Below are positions 23,375 through 31,932 of a DNA stretch of 64,000 nucleotides, in pieces. The notes under the pieces were generated by a model that saw only the letters and a program-made list of their open reading frames with translations, was not told the origin of the DNA and searched no databases. Source of the stretch: Myxococcota bacterium (GTDB lineage Bacteria; Myxococcota_A; UBA9160; JAFDDA01); assembly GCA_965228475.1 (NCBI GenBank), contig OZ245817.1, positions 2,016,001 through 2,080,000 on the forward strand, in the 5' to 3' direction. The translations under genes were made by a program, and so were the position numbers. Within the stretch, counting starts at the first letter, position 1, and the number at the start of each line of letters is the position of its first letter.

Positions 23375-24145
23375 CTAGGGGCGGGCGGGGCCCGCGGAGC
23401 GGCAGATACTAGCGAAGCTCTCGGGGTCGAGGCTCGCGCCGCCCACGAGGCCGCCATCGATGTCCGGCTGGGCCAGCAGGGCGCCCACGTTGTCGGGCTT
23501 CACCGAGCCGCCGTACTGGATGCGGATGGCCTCGGCGCCCTCGGCGCCGAAGCGGCCGAGCAGCCAGCCCCGCAGGAACCCGTGGACCTCCTGGGCCATC
23601 TCTGGGGTGGCCGTCTTGCCGGTGCCGATCGCCCAGATCGGCTCGTAGGCGAGGGTCAGCTCCGGCGCGCGCTCGGGCCCGATGCCCGCCAGGCTGCCCT
23701 CGAGCTGGGCCTCGCAGACGGCGAGCGTCCGGCCCGCCTCGCGGGCCTCGAGGCTCTCGCCCAGGCAGACGATCGGGCGCAGGCCCCCGGCCAGCACCGC
23801 CTGGGCCTTGGCGGCGACGTCCGCGTCGGACTCGCCGAAGAGGGTCCGACGCTCGCTGTGGCCGACGATCACGTAGCGGCAGCCGACGTCGGCGAGCATC
23901 CCGACCGAGACCTCGCCGGTGAAGGCGCCGGAGGCTTCCGCGTGGACGTTCTGTGCGGCGAGAGAGACCGGGCCTCCGGCGAGAGCGTGGCCGAGGGCCG
24001 CGAGCGAGGTCGCCGTCGGGGCGAGTGCGACCTCCACCCCCGAGAGGTCCTTCACCGCCGGGAGGAACGCCTCGGCGAAGGCGGTGGCTTCGGCCACGGT
24101 CTTGTTCATCTTCCAGTTCGCCGCGAGGAACGGGGTCCGGCTCAT
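23375..24145 (-). CDS. tpiA: Triosephosphate isomerase
   Basis: AANWKMNK, GAFTGEVS, GHSERR, AYEPIWAIGTG, YGGSVK, LVGGASL. Confidence 0.98.
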   Translation of the reverse strand: MSRTPFLAANWKMNKTVAEATAFAEAFLPAVKDLSGVEVALAPTATSLAALGHALAGGPVSLAAQNVHAEASGAFTGEVSVGMLADVGCRYVIVGHSERRTLFGESDADVAAKAQAVLAGGLRPIVCLGESLEAREAGRTLAVCEAQLEGSLAGIGPERAPELTLAYEPIWAIGTGKTATPEMAQEVHGFLRGWLLGRFGAEGAEAIRIQYGGSVKPDNVGALLAQPDIDGGLVGGASLDPESFASICRSAGPARP

Positions 24146-25335
24146 GGGGTTCCTTTCGTTCGGAGCGCCTCGACACCCGGGAGCGCTGCGCCCTGGACGA
24201 ACTCGAGGGAGGCGCCGCCGCCCGTCGAGCAGTGACCGATGCGGTCCGCGACGCCCATGGCGTTCACGGCGGCCAGGGAATCCCCGCCGCCGACGATCGA
24301 CCGCGCCGAGGAGGCCGCGACGGCCTGGGCGACCCCGCGCGTGCCGCGGGAGAAGGCCTCGATCTCGAAGATCCCCATCGGCCCGTTCCAGAAGATCGTC
24401 TTCGCCTCGGCGCAGGCGGCGCCGAAGCGTTCCGCCGAGGCCGGCCCGATGTCGACGCCGAGCCAGCCTTCGGGGATCGCGCCGACCACCTGGGTCGGCG
24501 AGCCGGCCTCGGGGCGCTCGGCCACGACGTGGTCGACGGGCAGGAGCACGCGGCGCCCGGCGGCCTCGGCCGCTTCGAGGATGCGGGCCGCGTCGGCGAT
24601 GCGGTCTTCCTCGACGAGCGAGGCCCCCGTCGCCTGGCCGGCGGCGCGCAGGAACGTGTAGGCCATGGCGCCGCCGACGCAGAGCGTGTCGGCGCGCGCG
24701 GCGAGGCTCTCGAGCACGGCGAGCTTGTCCGAGACCTTCGCGCCGCCGAGCAGGCACACGAAGGGCCGCGCGGGCTCGAGGACCGAGGCCAGGGCCTCGA
24801 GTTCGGCCTCGAGGAGCAGGCCCGCGGCGGCGCGCTCGACGTGGGGCACGACCCCGGCCGTCGAGGCGTGGGCGCGGTGGGCCGTCCCGAAGGCGTCGTT
24901 CACGTAGTCGTCGGCGAGCCGGGCGAGATCCCGGGCGAAGGCGGCGTCGTTCTTCGTCTCGCCCGCGTGGAAGCGCAGGTTCTCGAGCAGGAGGACGGCG
25001 CCGTCCCCGAGTGCCTCGACGGCGGCCTCGGTCTCGGGGCCGATGCAGTCGGGCGCGAGCGAGACGGGGCGGCCGAGGGCATCGCCGAGGGCGCGGGCGA
25101 CCGGCGCGAGGGAGAGTTCGGGCTTCCGCTCGCCCTTCGGGCGCCCGAGGTGCGACGCGACCGCCACGCGCGCGCCCGCCGCGGCGAGCTTCTCGAGCGT
25201 CGGGAGCGACGCACGGATCCGGCTGTCGTCGGCGACGGCGCCGTCGCGCAGGGGGGCGTTCAGGTCCGAGCGCACCAGCACGCGCCGGCCGGCGACGCCC
25301 TCCCGGATCAGATCGGCCAGGGACGGAAGCTTCAT
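24142..25335 (-). CDS. pgk: Phosphoglycerate kinase
   Basis: RSDLNAP, SHLGRPKG, LLENLRF, NDAFGTAHRAHAS, GGAKVSDK, WNGPMG, STGGGASLE. Confidence 0.98.
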   Translation of the reverse strand: MKLPSLADLIREGVAGRRVLVRSDLNAPLRDGAVADDSRIRASLPTLEKLAAAGARVAVASHLGRPKGERKPELSLAPVARALGDALGRPVSLAPDCIGPETEAAVEALGDGAVLLLENLRFHAGETKNDAAFARDLARLADDYVNDAFGTAHRAHASTAGVVPHVERAAAGLLLEAELEALASVLEPARPFVCLLGGAKVSDKLAVLESLAARADTLCVGGAMAYTFLRAAGQATGASLVEEDRIADAARILEAAEAAGRRVLLPVDHVVAERPEAGSPTQVVGAIPEGWLGVDIGPASAERFGAACAEAKTIFWNGPMGIFEIEAFSRGTRGVAQAVAASSARSIVGGGDSLAAVNAMGVADRIGHCSTGGGASLEFVQGAALPGVEALRTKGTP

Positions 25336-26351
25336 TCCGCGGCTCGGCTCATGTGCTCGATCAGGTCCACGACGCGGCAAGCGTAGCCCCATTCGTTGTC
25401 GTACCAGGAGACGAGCTTCGCGAAGTTGCCATCAATCACCTGGGCGCTCGGCGCGTCGACGATCGAGGAGCGCGAGTCCCCCCGGAAGTCCTGGGAGACG
25501 CACGGATCCTCGCATACGCCGAGGATGCCTTCGAGCGGGCCCGCGGCGGCGGCGCGCAGGGCGTCGAGCACGGCGCCCGCGTCGGCGTCCTGCTCGAACT
25601 CGACCGAGAGGTCGACGGCCGAGACGTTCGCGGTCGGCACGCGCATCGCGTAGCCGTCGAGCTTCCCGGCCAGGTGGGGCAGCACGAGCCCGAGCGCCCG
25701 GGCCGCGCCGGTGCTCGTGGGGATCATCGAGATCGCCGCGGCGCGGGCACGCCGGAGGTCCTTGTGGGGACGGTCGAGGGTCGGCTGGTCGCCGGTGTAG
25801 GCGTGGATGGTCGTCATCCAGCCCCGGCGGATGCCGAAGTGGTCGTCGAGCACCTTGGCGAGGGGCGCCAGGCAGTTCGTCGTGCACGAGGCGTTCGAGA
25901 CGATGCGGTGCTTGGCCGGGTCGAAGTCGCCGCCGTTCACGCCGAGCACCACCGTCACGTCCGGGTCGGGCGCCGGCGCCGTGATGACGACGCGTTCCGC
26001 GCCGGCGTCGAGGTGCCCGGCTGCGGTCTCGCGGCTGCGGAAGAGCCCGGTCGCTTCGATCACGGTGTCGACGTCGAGCTCGCGCCAGGGCAGGGCGGCG
26101 GGCTCGCGCTCGCCGCAAACCCGGATCGGCTGGCCTTCGACCACCAGCCCGTCGCCGTCGAGTTCGACCGAGCCGGGGTACGGACCGTGGACCGAGTCGT
26201 ACCGGAGCAGGTGGCAGAGGGTACGGGCGTCGGCCAGGTCGTTCACCGCGACCACGTTCATGCCGCGGCCGCGCGCCGCGCGCAGCGCCATGCGTCCGAT
26301 GCGGCCGAAGCCGTTGATCGCGACCCGCGTCTTGGAACCCTTCTCCGCCAT
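25332..26351 (-). CDS. gap: Type I glyceraldehyde-3-phosphate dehydrogenase
   Basis: ATG 26351; INGFGRIGR, SNASCTTNCLAP, RVPT, SWYDNEWGY. Confidence 0.97.
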   Translation of the reverse strand: MAEKGSKTRVAINGFGRIGRMALRAARGRGMNVVAVNDLADARTLCHLLRYDSVHGPYPGSVELDGDGLVVEGQPIRVCGEREPAALPWRELDVDTVIEATGLFRSRETAAGHLDAGAERVVITAPAPDPDVTVVLGVNGGDFDPAKHRIVSNASCTTNCLAPLAKVLDDHFGIRRGWMTTIHAYTGDQPTLDRPHKDLRRARAAAISMIPTSTGAARALGLVLPHLAGKLDGYAMRVPTANVSAVDLSVEFEQDADAGAVLDALRAAAAGPLEGILGVCEDPCVSQDFRGDSRSSIVDAPSAQVIDGNFAKLVSWYDNEWGYACRVVDLIEHMSRAAE

Positions 26352-26450
26352 CTCGTCCCTCCCGTCGTTGCTGGCCCTCTCGGGCGGGGGACAGGGTAAC
26401 GGCCCCGGCCTCCGTGAGCTTTGCCGTCGGGGTCGATAAGTTCCCTTTCG

Positions 26451-28907
26451 ATGCGACGGGTCTTCGTTCTGGCGGCGATCGCTTTGCTCGCGCTCTCGGC
26501 CTGGTGGTTCCACCAGCGCGAAGGCGAGGCGAGGCGCGTGCGCTCGGCCGGTCTGCCGACCGTCGAGGGCCGGATCCCCGTGGCCGGCGCCCAGGCGCCG
26601 CTTCGCATCCTGCGCGATGCGCGCGGCGTCCCCCATGTCGAGGCGGAGAGTGAACGCGACGCCTACTTCGGGCTCGGTTTTGCCCAGGCGCAGGACCGGT
26701 TGGGACAGATGGTCTCGATGCTGCGCGCGGCCGACGGCCGCAGCGCGGAGATCCTCGGGCCCGAGGCGCTCGCAGCGGATCGCATGGCGCGGGTGCTCGG
26801 CTTCCGGCGCCTGGCCGCGCGCGCCGCGTCGGATCTCGACGGCCGCACGCGCCGTCTGCTCGAAGCCTACGCCGCCGGTGTGACGGCCCGCCTCAGCCGG
26901 GTCCACGCCGGGCTCGCCGCGCCACCTGCCCAGCTCACGCCGGCCGATCTGCCGACCGCGTGGACGCCCGCGGACAGCTTCGCGGTGCTCAAGGTCTGGG
27001 CCTGGGGCCTCGGCGGTTCGATCGAGACGACCCTGGTGCTCGACGACATCCTCCGCCGCCTCGGTCCCGAGCGCGCGCGGCCCTTCTTTCCGGCGGGCGT
27101 CGGCGTGCGGCCGGCCGGGGACGGGCCGCCGGCGCTCGTGCGGCGGGGCACCCCCGCCGCGCCGAAGGCCGAGTCGACGGCCGGGACGCCGCGCCGGGCC
27201 GCGTTCCGGGATCCGCTGCGCGACGCGCTCGGGATGCGCGCACCCGGCCTCGGCAGCAGCGCCTTCGTCCTCGCGGGTTCGGCCTCCGCGAGTGGCCGGC
27301 CGCTCCTGGCCGGCGACACCCACCTGGCGCCGACGGTGCCCGCGCACCTTCACCTGGCGCACCTCCGGGCCGGGGCGTTCGAGGTGGCCGGTGCGGCCGT
27401 CCCCGGCGTGCCGGTCTTCTGGTCCGGGGGGAACGGCCGGGTGGCCTGGGCGGCGACGGCGGCCCGCGCCTCGGTGCAGGACCTCTTCGTCGAGACCCTC
27501 GACCGCAGCCGCGAGGCGGCCCGCGCCCACGACGGCCGGGGCTGGCGGCGTCTCGAGGTCCGCGAGGAGTCGATCCCGGTGCGCGGCCAAGAGCCGTCTT
27601 CCGTGACCGTCGAGATCGCGCCCCACGGCCCGCTCTTGAATGCGCTCCTCGAGCGCGACCGGGAGCCCCTGGCGCTGGCCTTCGCGGGCGCCCGGCCGGG
27701 CGACGGCATCGGCCCCTTCCTGCGCGCGGCGCGGGCGGCGGACGGGGAGGCCTGGCTCGAAGCGCTCGCCGACCACCACGAGCCGGCGCTGGTCCTGGCG
27801 TGGGCGGCGGGCGACGGGGACGCGGGCCGCACGGTCGCCGGCTGGATTCCCCAGCGCTCCCTGCCCTCGGGGCTCGTCCCCGTGAGCGGCCGCTCGGGCT
27901 GGGCGACCTGGCAGGCCGGGATCCCGGCGTCTCGGCTTCCGCGCGAGCGTCTCGAGGGGAAGCGTGGCTTTCTCATCGCCTCGGACGGGGCCCGCCCCGG
28001 CGGCGAGATCGAGTGGCTCTGGCGAAGCGGCGAGCGGCGCGCCCGCATCGCCGAACGCCTCGAGGCCCTCGTGGGTCGCGGCAGCGTCGACCTCCGCACC
28101 CTCGCGGAAGTCCAGCTCGACCGCCGCGCGGCGGCGGCCACGGCCGTCCTCGAGCCGGCGCTCGCCCTGGCCGGGACGCCCGCCCAGCTGCCGGCCGAGG
28201 AGCGCGAGATCCAGTCGCTCCTGGCCGAGTGGGACGGCGACACCGGCCCCGGGAGCGTCGGCGCCGCGGTCTACCACGTGTTCCTCGACGACCTGGCACG
28301 GGCGCTGCTCGAGCCGAGCCTCGGCGGCGAGCTCTACGCCCGCTACACGGCGCTGCCGCATGCCAACGTGATCCCGCTCGTCGCGCGCGTGCTCGCTGCG
28401 GCCCACGAGGGCTGGGCCCGCGAAGGCGTCGAGGCGCCGGACGAGTGGGCGCGCCAGCGCGTCGCCGAAGCGGTCCGCGCGGCTCTGCGGCGGACCTGGC
28501 TGCGCTTCGGCGTTCGCCTCGGGCCGAACCGCGACAAGTGGCGCTGGGGCGAGCTGCATACGCTCCGCTTCGAGCCCTTCGGCCTGCTGCGCTGGCCCGG
28601 GGAGGGCTTCGCGGCCATCCCCCACCCCGGCGATTCCTCGACGATCGACGCGGGCGGGTACGACTGGAACGATCCGTTCGAGGTGCGCAGCGCCTCGACC
28701 TTCCGGTTCGCGATCGATACCGCCGAGCCCGAGACCTGGCTCGCGCATCTGGCGCCCGGGCAGGCCGAGGCCCTCGGTCACCCCCACCGCGCGGACGGGA
28801 TCGAGGCCTGGCGGGCGGGCCGGCCGCAGCTGCTCTCCCTCGGCGCCGTCCGCCTGAACGAACAGGCCGCCGCGCGTCTCCAGCTCGTCCCCCAGGCTGC
28901 GCCGTGA
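26451..28907 (+). CDS. Penicillin acylase family (Ntn hydrolase) protein with divergent active-site motifs
   Basis: N-terminal TM/signal; RDARGVPHVEA, GFAQAQDRL, G/SSAF...SASGRPLLAGDTHL, PHGP, WRWGELH. Confidence 0.88.
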   Translation: MRRVFVLAAIALLALSAWWFHQREGEARRVRSAGLPTVEGRIPVAGAQAPLRILRDARGVPHVEAESERDAYFGLGFAQAQDRLGQMVSMLRAADGRSAEILGPEALAADRMARVLGFRRLAARAASDLDGRTRRLLEAYAAGVTARLSRVHAGLAAPPAQLTPADLPTAWTPADSFAVLKVWAWGLGGSIETTLVLDDILRRLGPERARPFFPAGVGVRPAGDGPPALVRRGTPAAPKAESTAGTPRRAAFRDPLRDALGMRAPGLGSSAFVLAGSASASGRPLLAGDTHLAPTVPAHLHLAHLRAGAFEVAGAAVPGVPVFWSGGNGRVAWAATAARASVQDLFVETLDRSREAARAHDGRGWRRLEVREESIPVRGQEPSSVTVEIAPHGPLLNALLERDREPLALAFAGARPGDGIGPFLRAARAADGEAWLEALADHHEPALVLAWAAGDGDAGRTVAGWIPQRSLPSGLVPVSGRSGWATWQAGIPASRLPRERLEGKRGFLIASDGARPGGEIEWLWRSGERRARIAERLEALVGRGSVDLRTLAEVQLDRRAAAATAVLEPALALAGTPAQLPAEEREIQSLLAEWDGDTGPGSVGAAVYHVFLDDLARALLEPSLGGELYARYTALPHANVIPLVARVLAAAHEGWAREGVEAPDEWARQRVAEAVRAALRRTWLRFGVRLGPNRDKWRWGELHTLRFEPFGLLRWPGEGFAAIPHPGDSSTIDAGGYDWNDPFEVRSASTFRFAIDTAEPETWLAHLAPGQAEALGHPHRADGIEAWRAGRPQLLSLGAVRLNEQAAARLQLVPQAAP

Positions 28908-28941
28908 GCGAGCTCGGGGCAACGGTGCGGAGGAGCACGCG

Positions 28942-30018
28942 GTGAGCGAGCCGACCGTGCTCTACCTCGAGGTGCCGGGCTTCTACGCCGAGGTCGAGCG
29001 CCTCGCGCACCCGGAGCTCGCCGGGCGGCCCATCCTCGTCGGCGGGGACCCGCGCAAGGCCGGCACCGTCCAGTCCGCGAGCCGCGAGGCCGTCGCCGCC
29101 GGCGTCGAGGTGGGAATGACGCTGCTCGAGGCCCTCGAGCAGTGTCCGTCCGCGCGTCACTTCCGCACCGACATGCGCCGCTACCGCGAGTCCTCGGCAC
29201 GGCTGCGCGCGTCCCTGCGTCGCTTCGGCGAGCGCCTCGAGCCCGCCGGCCTCGGCGCCGCCTACCTCGACGCCAGCGCCACCGAGAGCCCGCCGGAGGC
29301 GCTGGCGGCCTCGCTCCACAAGGCGGTCGGCGAGGAGCTCGGGCTGCCGCTCCGCGTCGGCATCTCCGCGGTGAAGTTCCTCGCGCGGCTCGCGGCGGAG
29401 GGGCTTGCCGGCGCGCCGGGGGAGAGCCCGGTCCTGCGCATCCCGAGCGGCGAGGAGACCGCGTTCCTCGCGCCGCTGCCGGTCGAGCGCCTGCCGGGCG
29501 TCGGCCCGGCCACCGCGGGGAGCCTGGCCGAGCTCGGCGCGTCCACCGTCGGCGAGCTGGCGGCGCTCGATCGCGCCTCGGTCGAGGGGGCCCTCGGCAG
29601 CCACGGCCGCACCGTCTGGGAGCTCGCCCACGGCCGCGACGCCAGCCGCGTCCGCCCCGCGGCCCACCCGAAGACGCTCAGCCAGGAGTCGAGCTTCTCG
29701 CCGGAAGAGCGCGACGTCTCGGCGATCCTGGCGCGCCTCCAGGAGCTCTCGGAGGGGCTCGCCACCTCCCTCGGCCGGGAGCGGCTGCGGGCCCGCCGGG
29801 TGACCCTCAAGGTCCGCTACGCCGACCAGGAGCGCATCAGCCGGAGCAGCACGGCGGAGACGCCGCTCCAGCAGGCGGCGGAGATCCACACGCGCAGCGT
29901 CCGGCTGCTCGAGCGCACCCAGGCCGGGGAGCGGGCGGTGCGCGGGGTGGGGATCGTCCTGGGGGGGCTCGCCCCCGCCGAGCGGGAGGACCGCCAGCTC
30001 GAGCTCTTCGGCGACTGA
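28942..30018 (+). CDS. DinB/Pol IV-like Y-family polymerase homologue, apparently catalytically inactive
   Basis: Collinear with DinB (FYAEVE, PILVGG, AYLD, KFLAR, LPGVGP, TLKVRY, terminal QLELF) but the catalytic acidic residues are replaced. Confidence 0.88.
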   Translation: MSEPTVLYLEVPGFYAEVERLAHPELAGRPILVGGDPRKAGTVQSASREAVAAGVEVGMTLLEALEQCPSARHFRTDMRRYRESSARLRASLRRFGERLEPAGLGAAYLDASATESPPEALAASLHKAVGEELGLPLRVGISAVKFLARLAAEGLAGAPGESPVLRIPSGEETAFLAPLPVERLPGVGPATAGSLAELGASTVGELAALDRASVEGALGSHGRTVWELAHGRDASRVRPAAHPKTLSQESSFSPEERDVSAILARLQELSEGLATSLGRERLRARRVTLKVRYADQERISRSSTAETPLQQAAEIHTRSVRLLERTQAGERAVRGVGIVLGGLAPAEREDRQLELFGD

Positions 30019-30081
30019 CGCCCCGGAAATCCTGCCCTCGCGAAACTCAAGCCCGCCCCGGAAGCCGCCGAAACGGGTCGC

Positions 30082-30414
30082 ATGGGCAAGAGCGGTGCCG
30101 AGCGACGGAAGTATTCACGCCTCTCCACGGATCACGTGATCTCGTTCGCGCACGTCGACACGCGCGATCGGCTGGCCGTCGGGAAGAACCTCTCCGAAGG
30201 CGGGATCCGCTTCGAGGTCGTCGGCTGCGAGATCGCCCTCGGGGACTACCTCAAGGTCACCTTCAACGTCGGGGACCACACGGTGGTCGCGACGGGGCAG
30301 GTGGTCTGGGCCACCGAGATCGACCCGTTCACCCAGGACATCGGCCTCGAGTTCTCGGACGTCGACCCGATCGCCCTGGCGCTCCTCCAGGAAGCCACCA
30401 CCGAAATCGAGTAG
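30082..30414 (+). CDS. Single-domain PilZ protein
   Basis: ERRKYSR (RxxxR) and NLSEGG ([D/N]xSxxG) c-di-GMP-binding motifs; GQVVW, IGLEF. Confidence 0.88.
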   Translation: MGKSGAERRKYSRLSTDHVISFAHVDTRDRLAVGKNLSEGGIRFEVVGCEIALGDYLKVTFNVGDHTVVATGQVVWATEIDPFTQDIGLEFSDVDPIALALLQEATTEIE

Positions 30415-30522
30415 CCGCCGCCCCGTTTCCCTTCTCACCGTCCGGGATGGGCGGTTGGGAGTTCTGCGTCCGGACGCTCCTCGGCGGTGCGGGCCTGGCG
30501 CGCCAGGCCATGAGGTGCGCGA

Positions 30523-30624
30523 GGGGTCTCCGGGTCCCCCAGCCGGGACCGTAAACCACGCCCCGACGCCCGCGCCCCCAAGCCGTGCGTGACGCCGGTC
30601 CCGGCTGGGGGACCCGGAGACCCC
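30523..30624. repeat. Perfect 29-bp inverted repeat pair with 44-nt spacer (REPIN/MITE-like)
   Basis: ggggtctccgggtcccccagccgggaccg (30523-30551) and its exact reverse complement (30596-30624). Confidence 0.93.
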
Positions 30625-30657
30625 CATCTCCCCCGGAAAGCCGAGAATGTCGCCGCC

Positions 30658-30687
30658 TTGACACCCCCGCCGGGGGGGTGCGAGCCT
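30658..30687 (+). promoter_or_regulatory. Putative sigma70-type promoter of the gpgS-kdsA operon
   Basis: TTGACA (30658-30663), 18 nt, GAGCCT preceded by TGn; ATG follows 9 nt later with no SD. Confidence 0.45.
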
Positions 30688-30696
30688 CCGTCCGCC

Positions 30697-31929
30697 ATGG
30701 CCGACTTCCACCAGACCGGGGTGATCACCACCCTCCATCGACTCGGCGATCAACCCCTCGAGCTGCTCGAGAAGCGCCTCCTGAACCACGCGACGAACCG
30801 GCCGATCGCGCTCGTCCTGCCGTGCCTCTATCAGGAGCTCCAGGGGCCGGCCCTGAAGCGGATCCTCGAGTCCCTCGCCGGTGTCCGGTACCTGAAGCAG
30901 GTCGTGGTGAGCGTCTCGGGGACGAAGTCCCGGGAGGAGTTCGACCACTTCCGCAAGGCCTTCGACGCGGTGCGGACGCTCGACGACCGGCCGACCACCT
31001 TCGTCTGGAACGGCAGCGACCGCGTCCAGCGCATCTACCAGCGGCTTCGGGAAGAAGGCCTGGACGCCGGGGAAGACGGGAAGGGGAGGGGCACCTGGCT
31101 CGCCTACGGCTACGTCCTCGCCAGCAACCAGGCCCGGGTCGTCGCCCTCCACGACTGCGACATCCTCGACTACGACCGCGAGCTCCTGGCGCGCCTGTGC
31201 TTCCCGACGGTGAACCCGAACCTGAACTACGAGTTCGCCAAGGGCTACTACGGCCGCGTGAGCGACCGCCTGCACGGCCGGGTGACGCGGCTCTTCATGA
31301 CCCCGCTGCTGCGCGCCATGAAGTCCGTGCTCGGCGAGATCCCGCTGCTCGACTACCTGGATTCCTTCCGGTACCCGCTGGCCGGCGAGTGTTCGATGAC
31401 CACGGATCTCGCGCGCATCAACCGGATCCCCTCGGACTGGGGCCTCGAGGTCGGCATGCTCGCCGAGGTCTACCGCAACTGTTCGCTCAAGCGGATCTGT
31501 CAGGTCGAGGTGGTCGAGAACTACGACCACAAGCACCAGGATCTCTCCGAGGAAGACTCGACCCGGGGCCTCCACCGCATGGTCACCGACATCGCGAGCT
31601 CCCTGATCCGGAACCTGGCGAGCTACGGCGTCCAGTTCGACGCGGGCTTCCTGAACACCCTGATCTCCGCCTACGTGCGGACGGCGCAGGACGCCGTCGC
31701 TCGCTACAGTGACGACGCTGCGCTGAACGGGCTCGTGTTCGACCGCCACGAGGAGGAAGTGGCGGTCGAGACCTTCTCACGGGCCCTGCGGGCAGCCGGC
31801 CTGTCATTCGTCCGTGACCCCATGGGGGCCCCCCTCATCCCCAACTGGAATCGCGTGACGTCGGCTCTGCCCGACCTCCTGGGCGAGCTCGAAGCGGCCG
31901 TCGAGGAAGACCTCCAGGAAGGGGTTTAG
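30697..31929 (+). CDS. gpgS: Glucosyl-3-phosphoglycerate synthase-like glycosyltransferase
   Basis: MADFHQTGVITTLH, GKGRGTW, LHDCDI, FAKGYY, GRVTRLF, FRYPLAGE, DWGLEVG, YDHKHQ. Confidence 0.82.
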   Translation: MADFHQTGVITTLHRLGDQPLELLEKRLLNHATNRPIALVLPCLYQELQGPALKRILESLAGVRYLKQVVVSVSGTKSREEFDHFRKAFDAVRTLDDRPTTFVWNGSDRVQRIYQRLREEGLDAGEDGKGRGTWLAYGYVLASNQARVVALHDCDILDYDRELLARLCFPTVNPNLNYEFAKGYYGRVSDRLHGRVTRLFMTPLLRAMKSVLGEIPLLDYLDSFRYPLAGECSMTTDLARINRIPSDWGLEVGMLAEVYRNCSLKRICQVEVVENYDHKHQDLSEEDSTRGLHRMVTDIASSLIRNLASYGVQFDAGFLNTLISAYVRTAQDAVARYSDDAALNGLVFDRHEEEVAVETFSRALRAAGLSFVRDPMGAPLIPNWNRVTSALPDLLGELEAAVEEDLQEGV

Positions 31930-31932
31930 AGC

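Noticed and set aside
25332..28922. 1196-aa ORF suggesting a giant GAPDH fusion
   Set aside because: Only the last 339 aa are GAPDH (ATG 26351 with SD); the rest is antisense shadow of the acylase gene.
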